A program made the translations under genes and the position numbers. From Oculina patagonica (taxonomy: Eukaryota), in NCBI RefSeq assembly GCF_052425735.1, contig NC_135767.1:3534001-3598000 (forward strand): a DNA stretch of 64,000 nt, given 5' to 3'. The notes under the pieces were generated by a model, which saw nothing but the letters and a program-made list of their open reading frames with translations, was not told the DNA's origin and did not search any database. Shown in pieces: positions 13,001 to 25,000 of the stretch. Position 1 is the first letter of the stretch. Each line of letters starts with the position of its first letter.

Positions 13001-16000
13001 ACAGATTACAGCAAACAGATGACTGTCGCCATGGGCGGGGTCAGTTCAGGGGCAAGAGAGGTGTTGAATAAGGTGCTGGACATTCTGGAGCAGGGGCTCA
13101 GAGATATTGCCAGGGCACGTGATACGGTGATTGATACAGGCAAGAGGAACATTGCTGACGTCAGCTGGATTAAGGTAAAGGGCTAAATGGTATTTAGCAG
13201 TTAGTCTACAAGCTGTACCTTTCTATAGTCAGGGTTGCCACAGGTCAGGAAATGGTCAGGGAAAAATAAATTTCTTCAAGGTCAGGGAAAAGTCAGGGAA
13301 TTTTATGTTGAATCAGGGAAAATTGACATACATGTATTGAAGAAAATTAAGTCAGAGAAAATTGAAATTATATTGCTGCTGATGTAATACCATTGAAGGC
13401 TGGAAGAAAATAATATTTCAGGTCAGTGTGATCTCAGGGATGTTTTTCTCTTGGAAATGGAGGCCAGATGCTGCAACTATATCTAACAATTTGCATTTTT
13501 TGGTAAGGGAAATATGATTTTTATCAGGGAAAAGTCAGGGAATTTTGAAAACTGATGTCTGTGGCAACCATGCTAGTCCATTGAGCGTGAATGAGAAAGA
13601 GCACATCAAAAAATGGCCATAGTTTTGTTGTACATGTAGATGTATTTTGATTTAACTTCACGTCAGAATTTATTGCGCGAAATTTAAAATTGAGAAACTG
13701 GTGTACAGAATACAATAATTAATTACAGTAGAATCCCGACTTCTCTAACCTCCAGGGGAAACGAAAATTACTTTGAGAAATCAGGAGCTTTGATAAATCG
13801 GGTGTAAAATTACAGAAACATACAGTCAACGGAAACTTAAATTGGTTTGAGAAATCAAAGGTCTTGAGAAACCCAGGGTTCTTGAAAGAAATCGGGATTC
13901 TACTGTATTGTAAACTTATTGGTATTGAGCAAAAGGCTATAAACATACAAGCATCAACTTTTAAATGTTTTTGTTGCTTTTTTTCTCAGCCTTCTTCAAG
14001 TGTAAACAAACCCAAGACTGATGACGAGGTTACAGAATCCCAGGATCCCAGCCTGTTGGAGAGGATGATTGAAGCTTTGCACATGGAGTTGTTGTTTGTT
14101 CGGCACAGAATTGCTGTGAAGTTGGCCAATCTTGGACAAGGTAATATACAATCAACATCTCACACAAGTTACAATGCTGGGTAGGGAAGCTAAGGGATTA
14201 GACATAGACAGGCAAAAGTAAAAATAAATTCATAGGGAAGGTAAAGTCTGTAATTTACCTCTAGAAAGTGGGGCACTGAAGGGTGGCTCTTTAATTAACC
14301 ATGTTTACCCCAACAGTTTTTACCTTAGTGTGGAGGGGACAGTAGGGTAGGAGCCCAAGCGAATAGGGGGTGGGGGTGGGGGAAGAGAGAGTCGGAAGCA
14401 ACATTCCATTATATTTTGCAGTAGAAATAACACAAAGGCGGGAACCACTAAGAAAAGGGAAGGAACCAGAAGTAAAAAGGACGGGAAGCGGGAAGTACAG
14501 AACGCCATGATATCCCCCCCCCCCCCACTTTAGTGTGCAGCTCTACTTTAAATATGCTATTGGCAAAAGGGACATGTATTGTCTCAACTTACTCATTAAT
14601 TAATTTTATTATAACAGAACCACTTGAATCAAAGAAGTCAGCTAAAAAGCAGGTGACAGTGTAAATTTGATCTTAGTCAGTTGTAGGTACCTTATCATAA
14701 AATTCTGTAAACCATTACTTTTTAAATTTGCATTTATTTTTAAATGGTTACGATTTGCTCAAAAGTCTTTTTTTGAAGAACAGTCCACCAAATAAATGCT
14801 TTGCAATGTTGTTTAGCAGCTTCAATGTTTTATTTTCCTTACTCAACAGGACAAGTTAAAAACTACCACCAGTTCCTTGCAGTTTAGTGAAGTAGAAAAT
14901 GAACTGCAATCTGAGTGCAACAGGAATCCGCTGTCCAAAGCTCTACTGCTAATGCATATGGCGGGACAGTCTGTAAAGTCAAGGAGTCACGTGGGAACTG
15001 AAAGACAAGCACAGCTTCTTCAGGTATAAATGTCATTTACCTGCATTACTTTCTTGCTCCTGTCACGCATTCACTGCTTCTTTTTCTGTATCACGCATTC
15101 TTGATTTTGCATCACACTGTTGTGCTTATGTGATTGTCATGCATTCTTCTTTTTGTGTCACACATTCTTCCTTTTATGTCACATCCTTTTCACATCCTGT
15201 CTTTCACAACATTATATAATAGCACATAAAATTGTATGCTTTTCAGTTTTGTGTCACGCTCTTTTGCATCACACGTTCTTTCTTTTGTGTAGCATTCTTC
15301 GCCATCGATCCTCACACTCTTACTATAATTTGCGTTACAGATTACTGCTTTTATGTCATACATTCTTGTTTCTGCATTACTCATTCTTGCTTAAAAATGT
15401 CACACACTCTTACTTTATGTCACACTTCCTTGCTTTTTGCATTACACATTCTAACCCTTGTTTCACACAATCTTACTTTATTCAATCTCACCCTTTCTTG
15501 CTTATGAGGTCACACATTCTTGCTTTTTGCATGACACATTCTTACCTTTGTGTCACACAATCTTGCTTTATTTAATGCCACCCAATTTTTGCTTTTAAGG
15601 TCTCACATTCTTGCTTTGCATGACACATTCTTACCTTTGTGTCACACAATCTTGCTTTATTTAATGTCCACCTTTCTTGCTTTTAAGGTCACACATTCTT
15701 GCTTTTTGCATGACACATTCTTACCTTTGTGTCACACAATCTTGCTTCATTTAATCTCACCTATTCTTGCTTTTAAGGTCATACATCCTTGCTTTGCATT
15801 TCACTTTCTTACCTTTGTGTCACACAATCTTACTTTATTTAATCTCACCCTTTCTTGCTTTTAAGGTCACGCATTCTTTCTCTGTCACGCAATCTTGCAG
15901 TCATTCTGATACTTCATACATGTACACTTCCATTGCAGGAGAGCCAAGAGTCGATTGTCAAGTGCCAGCAGCAGGAAAGGAAGGTGTCTAGTTGGAACAG

Positions 16001-19000
16001 ACAGGCAGATGATACAAGTGATGACACACCACCCTCAGATGTGCCTCCAGCTCCTCTTCTTCTTTATCGTAGTTCTTCTGTGCTGGTGTTCAAACCAGCT
16101 CCTTTTAAACCCAAAAGTGGAGAAAAGGTAAGGTTCCTATCACTTAAAAGGTTCATCTAACTAATAATTTGCTTTTTATTTCTTCTAAAGTAGTTTTCAA
16201 CTGAGTGTCGTAAAACTAAAACCATTGAAGTAATCACACTGGCCAATAAAATAGATCGCAGACAATCCAGTGAACCAGTCAAAACTTGAAGCAAATACAT
16301 GCAAACGTGTGTGGGCGAGCCACGATTGGTTTTGGTTTTACTCCTGATTGGTTGAGAAAGTGGCGCGAGTTTTTTAAACCAATCTCTAAGCGTAGTAATG
16401 TAGAACCGAAGGAAACCCAAATTGCTTTTGGCACTCAAGTGAAAACCGCTCTTATGGCTTACAATATCAAGACAGGAAACGAAAACCAATCAATCAATAA
16501 AGCCTGCTTTAGAAATGCGATGGAAACACAAACACAAGCTTGTTCTCGTGTACAAACATGGGCAAATGCAAGCGAAACAATGCCCACATGTGCATTAATA
16601 AAGCACTTTTCAAAGATGGCAAATTGGACTTTGTCATTTCCCTCTTTTATTTTGCTTGTTGACACTTGAAGAAAATGGTGATGCAAACCCAAAAGGATGC
16701 AAAACTTTCCATTAAACCGCAATTGTGTTTTTGTTTTTAATTTTAAAGCATTCTTATTTGCATTGTGTTTTACGAGTAGACTAATGTATCATTTTGTACT
16801 TATCCTCTTGAAACACTGATAGTGGCAAGTGTCATTAATTATTTTTGATTTCTTGTACTTGCTTTCAGGTGGCCTGGTATCGACTCTTTGCAAGGTCAGC
16901 CAGCGGTAATAACGTGAAAGTCAGGCTCAATGACTATCAGCTCCCGGGGACTGGAGAAGAGGTACATGGTACCCTTTGTGTTATCTAAGGCATTAGGTCT
17001 TTGCTGATGAAGAGCCGCAAACAACCGTCTTTTCAATAGAATTGCCATGAACATTTTGTTGGTGTTGCCAGATGGCCGTTATATCCAAGTTATGCGAATA
17101 ACAATCTATACTTGCCACTTTTCTAAGTCAAATACGTGAGATTGCCGTCTCCACATTACTCAGATTTCCGAAGATGTTCCGACTATTTTCGACAATTTCC
17201 GAAGTTGTTCTGACTATTTCCAAAGTTTTCCGACTATTTTCGAAAATTTCTGAAGATGTTCCGACTATTTTCGAAAATTTCCGAAGATGTTCCGACTATT
17301 TCCAAAGATTTGCGACTATTTTTGAAAATTTCTGAAGATGTTCCGACTATTTCCGAAGATTTCCAAAGAGTACCGAAAATGTTTATGATATGATCCAAAC
17401 GGTGGGCTCGCTGTGAAGATCGTGTCTTTTCTCATCAGATAGAATAATTATGAAACAATTTCCCGGAACCAAGCGAATCTGATGTAAGATTAGAATCTAC
17501 AAACGTTGACTACAGTAACTGTAGTCTAACTGTTAGTCATTTATTTGGTTGTTTACTTCAGATTCCAGCCACTGCTGACATCCAGTTTTATGTGCGTGGG
17601 CTCAAAGCTGATGAGAAGTACATGGCAGCTGTGGCAGCTTACAATGAACACGGTAAGCTGATTGGTGGAAGTATTGGCCTCACTTGCCGTCCGGTACTCG
17701 CTGCTCATCCACTGCCAACTCTTATGGCGTGGGGCTACTTGGCTCAGGTATGTAACAAGTTACAGCGTGACAGTTTACTTTACTTCTTAAAACATCCTTT
17801 AAAGCAAACTGTATGGGCGCACATTATTGTACATGTATATAGTTCGATTTCAAAGGTTTCTGTTTCTTTTTCAAGCTAAGGACATTTTTTTCAGAATTCT
17901 GCCAAACAAAAATATTTTTAGCCTGGCGTAATTGTGTATAGTTACTGTACGTACATATGTAATTAGCTTCTCTTACACTGTTCAACATCATGGTTGTCAC
18001 AGGTCAAGAAAGGGTCAGGGAAAAAGTTAAAGGCATCTTTGGTGGGAATTATTCTTTGAAAAGGGCTCGGCAAGGCACAAGTGAAAATTAACTCATTGCA
18101 TTTTGTTGCTATCTTTAAGTGTAATAAAATCTAGCTATAATCTTGAGAGTAGCGGAAACTAAATCAGTGTATGTGGTCATTTGTCGGCGAGTTACAGGGC
18201 TACAGAGATCTAGTTTTCGCAGAAGGGGGCATTTTTCAAATGTTAATAGTCGTACCTGTTATGGTTTGTGTCAGAGTAACATGATGCATAAAAACACACA
18301 GGAGGGCACTAAAAAACCCTGTCTCAAGTATTAACTACAAATTTAGATTGTGTTCTTTGTTACATAATTTTCAGCTCGCCTTTTCCTCTGGTGTATTACC
18401 TGTTGCAAAATCGGCTGCTTCCGTTTTGTGGAATCATTATGTGAAGGAACCAGAAAAAAGTGAAGAGAACACTAATATCCAAACAGCTAGTTCTGATTTG
18501 TGCATCTCTTTGCAAAGGTTTGTTATCCTCATCTTGATCTTCATTACTAAGTATAACCCTTAAATTCATACATTTAAAGCAGACAGGTCAGGAGAATAAT
18601 GAAAATAATCAACTTAATCAAAACTATAACAAAATTATCGAACGTGATTGGTTATCAGCAGCCCGATTTGAGCACTAATAGGACAGTGTACGCGTCATGC
18701 CTGTAATTGAACATTGTAATAGGACAGTTTACGCGTCATGCCTGTGTAATTGGACAGTACGTGTCATTTTGCGTGCGCTGTTGTTGTGCATTTTGTTGAG
18801 TAAACTGTTATGTTTTTTAGTATTCACAAAGACTTTAAACCATTTCACCGGGAAAGTTTGTTTGTTTCTCAAAGTTTGTCATAGTTTTGACTAATTGGTA
18901 ACTGGACATCGTGTCGTCCGATTTCGTTGATCACTCGTATGATTACAGACCGAATTGGACTCCACTCAGTCCTATTACCATTATATATTATAAGGGATGT

Positions 19001-22000
19001 TGTCTTGATGTACAAGCCTGCGAACAGGCTCCCAAGTAGAGCTGGGCGTACCACCAAATTCTTAAAACTAACGTAACCATCAATAAGGAGAATTTTAATC
19101 CCAAACAGCGAGTTGAGGGTAGTCCTCAATACGATTGTTGTAATGTTGGTGATTGATGTCTCGAGCAGATGTCATCTTCAGACTCAAGTGAAAAGGCAGA
19201 TTTCTTGTCAACCATTTTTCTTGTTTGGCTTCGGCTTTACATGGTCAAATTTTGTACATGCTATACTTCGATATACTAGCCCATAGTGAAAGTTATTATT
19301 TTGTCTTATTTTGCCAGAGTTGATGAAGACAGGCTGCGTGAATCGTCACCTGTGTTAGCAAGACTTTTTCTCCAGAGCATCTTCATCTCTGTGGATATCA
19401 GGATACGAGAGGGTCATCTGTTCTGTGACTGCCTGTGTGACAGTGGACCTCTTTACAGTGGGCAGGTAAACAAGGTCTTTTCTACCAGACAATGCAAAGT
19501 TTGCTTTTCATTGGCTTTGAAGATGGTTTTTATTTAGCAAGAGGCTTTGTAAATTAGTTTTAGCATCTCTGGAGGTAGCAAATTAGTACGTTCTGTTTGG
19601 ATATCCTACCAAAAGTCAGCGGTTTTGTTGTATTCTCGGGACTGGCGTTTGCCCAAGAAAGTACTTATACCCTTGCATAGTTGCTGTTATTGCTTTCAGC
19701 TTTGTTTTTTGTCAATAAACAGAGGAAATTTTAGATGATAATAAAACAGCAAACTTAACTCGTAGTCCTGCTTCTAATTCGCTCAAATGATCGCGTTTGA
19801 AATTCGTGTAAAGAAACGGTCTCGCGCTAGTACAGATCCCTTTTGAAACGCCTCATGTTGTGTTCTGTCACTAACACACAATTATACCGCTCTAGAATTC
19901 TGGGAAGAATTGCGCTGATAATGTTTATCAAGAAATGTGTTTGCATTCATGGCTTCTACATCTATTTACACACTAAGTCAACATTAGTTATTTGCCTTCT
20001 TTTCACTTTAGGTTGCTCGGCTTGAGGAATGTGAGCGACTCCTGCTTGCCATCCAAGTTGCCGGCTGGTTGAACGACACTGCACTGTGTTTACAGGCTGT
20101 TGTTCAGTGTTACGGCTTGCTTGCTCCTCTTATTCACCAGAAGATTCCTGCTAAACCCGTTGTACAGGTTTGTAGATCAAATGTTAAGAAATATCATGTG
20201 CTAAAAATTCAGATCGAACAGCCTTTATTTGTCAATTTTTTTTTCAACTATCTTAAGAGTTGTTATAGAAAATTTTGTAATTTTTTTATCATAACGTTGG
20301 AACTTATTATTATTACATTTTTTTTAGGTTTTACTGCGATGTCACGCTGTTCTCCAAGAGGTCCCTTCATTAACGCGTCACAGAAAGTCCTCTTCTACAT
20401 CAGATAGTTTGTCACACATGATCGCTACCGTGACGTATTACATAGCAAAGGTAACGCAATCCACCACTTTTTTGCGGTTCTTTGATTACGTCAAGTACTG
20501 TCACGCCTTGCGTTTTTATATCTTTGTTACCATCTGTTTTTCTCTTCAATTTTGTAAATTGTCCACAAACCTTCCCTCTCTGTGGTTACCGTATTTACTC
20601 GAATAAGCGCCGCGGCGCTTATTTAATTTTTCGCTCCTCAAGTGCGGCGCTTATTCGAGGGCGGCGCTTATTTGAGGGCGGCGCTTATTTAAAATTTGGA
20701 CGCCACAAAGAATCTTATATTTTGCAGTTATCAAAAATAACGTCTTCTGATTGTCAGTATTCGTCTCTTGCTGAAGAGAGAAGTAGCGCTAGCTGTCCTT
20801 GCAAAGTTCGCGGCCTTCACAACATTTGCAGAACTACGTATTGTAAGAATGTTGGATAGAAAACTAATGGGCGAGCAGTAAAACCATCACTGTGAACTGC
20901 AAAGCATCGCTCTCGATGAAGAGAAATTTTAAGTTTGTTTTAGAGCTGCTTTGAAGTGCAGTTTTTAGTAAAACGGAATTCCTTGAATAAGCGCCGCATT
21001 GGGACTGCGGCGCTTATTCGGGGGCGGCGCTTATTAACTTTTTTGTCCAAAATGCGGCGTTTATTCGAGGGCGGCGCTTATTCGGGGGCGGCGCTTATTC
21101 GAGTAAATACGGTAAGTGTTAAATTTTTGCATGTAAAACAATTCAGATTTTACAGATGTGGAACGAACAAGGAGTAGCCGGTGCCATTATTGAGCTCGGC
21201 AAGAAAATGTTAAACCTTGAAACTGCCCCTGACAGTGCTGGTACCATGACAACCATGCAAGCAGCAGCTGCCATGGCAACCGCCACTCTGGGTGGACCCC
21301 CGCCAAGTAAGTCCACAAAGAAGAAGCCTGGGGCGACTAAGAAGCCTAAAGGTGGCGGAGGCAAAGGAGGACTGGGGAAACTAGAGAAGGAAGCCGCTGC
21401 CTTCACTGCAGATGCACAGAACGAAGAATTGAAGGCTTTGGAAGCTTATATCTTAAAACTTAGCCAACAAGGTGAGCTTTCTAAGGGAGTCGGTATATCA
21501 CTAGTTTAACCCTTAGTTATAAGGGTGACTTCTTAAGGTTTTGCATTCCGTTTGTGACAGACGCTATTAGAAAGAGAAACACATATATTTGCCATAACCT
21601 TTGGGTCACAAAGTTACGCTTGAAGTATACTATAGGGTATACTACGTAGCTTTTTTTCCTCGTGTTTTCACTTTGCCAGCGTGTGATTCATGATTTATAG
21701 AAGGAAAAATAAATTTCTGCTTTGTCTGTTGACATGTATTTCTCCCCTCACGTCCCGGGCCTCACGCTTGGAAACAAGCTACAGTGGATGTCTAGTATGA
21801 TGATTTTGGCGTCCCGTTTTTTTAGTTAGGTCAGAGGCAAATCGCTGAGATTTGATGTGATTATTGTGTATTTGAGGTATCCATTCTAATTTTTTTCAAA
21901 GTTGGTGGAGCTATTTATAACAGTTTTATTATGCTGTTGTGATAATTCTTACGTCTTGCTTAGCTTTGAACCGTGATGATGAGGAGTTAACTGGCTCTGA

Positions 22001-25000
22001 GGATCCGTCTGTTCTTCACTCAGTTGTGGCCAATCTCCCGGCACAGCAAGCATACAAAGAAGGTAAGAAAATTTTTAAGAGGAGACCTCAGATGGAGAAA
22101 GGATTGTGGGGGTGGGTGAATTACGGATGATAATGAAGTCCTGTAGCTGAAGGTGTAGGGTGAGGATTCTCGTGGAGCGAGGGGAAAAGCCAGTATACCA
22201 GAATCAATTTAAATAAGGTTAAATGCGTTTAATATAAATAATGTAACAAAATTGGATCAGAATTCTAGAAGAAGATAAAGGCCTGTCATGTTAAGCAGCA
22301 GAAGCTAAACAAGAGTCTCTTTTTATCTAAGACTATCAACAAAAAGCATCGTGACTTTGCTTACGTGTGTTTTAGAACTTGGTACTAGTTGCATCTCATC
22401 TCACACTTAGCTAGCCAGCAGTGTAGTAGCTCTCGGAAGCTTGTGCATAATTCTACTGGTCCTCTTGTGAAACAGATGCTATTGTTTGTGAGAGGGGGGC
22501 TAGGGGCATTGTTCCTGTTGTTTGTTCTATTGTTTTCTCGAAGAGAACGGAGTCATTTGTGTGAGACCTTGTGAAAGCAGAATTGTAGCAGCTCTTGTAA
22601 ATTTTAATTCCACTGGTCCTGTAGTGTAGTAGTTGCTATTGTTTGGGGGCTAGGAACATTGTTCCTGTTGTTTGTTCTATTGTTCTCTTGAAGGGTAGCG
22701 AGCCATTCATATGAGACCTTGCAAAAGCTGCTACCCTACCTCACACCGCTAGCATGATTTTGCTTCAAATTCTGATTGGTTCTTACTTTATCTACGCTTG
22801 TTGTGATTGGACAAATGTTTCAGCTGTCTTTAGAGACATCTCTGTGTGAGACGGGCATGCATGGTGATGCATGTACACGTACTTTGTCTGACAGTAAAGT
22901 ATATCTTTTCTTTTGAAGACTGGGATATTGACTGGTATCTTGGCCTTGACGAAGATTCCTCTGACTGCTCAGCAGAGGAAACTGCTTCAGAAGCGTCTTT
23001 CATCTCTTCTACTCTTGACTGACTCAGTAAGGCTTCCTACTCCTGATCTGTTATCTCTGCTCTCTCTAAAATTGTTCCATGACATAGCCGTTTTCTAAAC
23101 AACCGTCTGTGCTTTTTAAAATGGTGCACTCTTAATCAATTACGTCACGAAAAACGCTTTATCTGTTCGCATTGTGCTCTCCCTTTTTACTCTCAACCTC
23201 ACTTGCTTAGCGTTTAACTTTCGTATGAACTGCAACTTTACAAGGGTAAAGTGATCACCTTTGCTTCGAAGCTTAAAATGTCAAATTTCCACTCTGATTT
23301 TCTCATGTTAATTTTAAAGTTCTGAGAATTGGGTGGTCTTCTGAGTATTTTCTTTGCATTTTAATGCCTTTTTTGTTTATTAACTTTTTTCTTTGTCAGG
23401 TTCTCTCTTTAACACAGGACTGCTATATTCACACTACCTCCACTGGATACCTGACTTTTCTCGATGCGATCTTTCTTTTCTTCCACTTCAATCTGTTTGT
23501 CTACTGTGAAAATCCATCTTGGCTTCCACTACTGAACTCCAAGCAGTTGTCAGAAATGTGCTGATATTCTAGTTCTTTCTTTTACCTCTTTCCCTCATAG
23601 TATCATAACTTGAAAAATGAAACATTGCTATGATCGTGACAGAACTTGAGAAACTATGTAAACCACTTGCGTGACAGACATCTGAGTCACAGCCTGACTA
23701 CATCAGTGTGATTCCTTGTGGTGTACTGTTTTGTCACATAGTAATTGTACCTTTCATTTCACATGTATTCGTCTCATTTTAGATTCCTGTACGCATAATA
23801 AAAACAGTACTAATTCACTCTCTACTGTTGTCACGTACTTTCTCTCTTGTCTGCATTTAAATTTAAGTCTCTTCTCTGTATTGCTTTATTCGGATGTGTG
23901 TAGTTTCTATTGCTCCCGATCTGTCATTTACTTGTTTAACCTCACTTTTGGAAAAAGTACTGGAAGATCTCTGTTATCTCTAAATCTTTCATCTTTAAAT
24001 CACAATGTTTCCACAAATTTATTATCACTGAAGTCGTTTTCTTCAGTGAACAAATATAATAAGGCCTAGTCTACCTTTGAAATTCATTCTAATGTGAAGA
24101 ATAATCCATTAATGGTGCACTGTTCCAGTTGTTCTCAGAAGAGTTGTACGAGTTTATTAAACTCCCCCCCCCCCCCCCCATTGGCAAATACCTTCTTTCC
24201 ACTTCTCGTAGCGACGTTCTCACTGAATTAAGGGAACTGTTACTCTTATAACACACTGATGTGCCCTCCTCCATCCTGGTCGAGAAAAATAACATATCTC
24301 ATTGAAAATGTTATCTTCTTATCTTATAAACAAATTGAACCCTCGGTTTTTGACACGTTTGTCGCTAAGCAACATAAAATATCCATGTGACGCCAAACTG
24401 GCGTGACCACCTTTATATTATTGTCACACAACGTTACCCCTCGATGCGTGACGATCCATGTAACAGCTGCGACAGGGACAAAACAAAAGGTACTGATTTT
24501 CTTATTTCCTTAACTTTCTTGTCAGTGGTTATCTTTTAGCGTACTTCGTACTATGTGAGGCTTTGATTCATAAGACAAATTATGGTGCTTAAGTACATAT
24601 TTTTGCCTTTCAAAAATGTGGCTTGTAGGAAGACCTCTCCTTTCCTCCTCTTCCTCCTCCTCTTACAAAATCCTTTGCAAGGACGTATGCACGCAGGCTT
24701 CTTGCTTTATTACACTGAAAAGGCAGTAACGTTGCAAAGACGTTTTTTGTGAGAAAACCTGCAGATTAGATCATTAACATCTATCGACTGTACACCAAAT
24801 TTCCCACAACGTAGGAGCAAGGGAGACATGCCCTTACTGCTAGAATAAACTGAGAAGTACTAGCATCCCATCCAGTGGGGAGAAGCAATACTCCCAGTCA
24901 CTTCATGCTACACAAATTGTAGATAAGTTATGTCTCTATCCATCACCATATTCCAAGAATTGAAAAGGAATTTACTTGCCGTGCTGTAATCCTGGTTTCT

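Noticed and set aside
15120-15991. Several overlapping F/L/C/H-rich ORFs
   Set aside because: Translations of the 89-bp minisatellite.
17000-17030. CTGATGA hammerhead-like core
   Set aside because: No stem II and no GAAA at the right spacing.
22895-23022. Possible alternative terminal CFAP54 exon (gacag|VKYIFSFEDWDIDWYLGLDEDSS..TLD*), phase-compatible with exon 24
   Set aside because: Weak pyrimidine tract, and better explained as the antisense shadow of the minus-strand coding relic; cannot be supported without RNA data.
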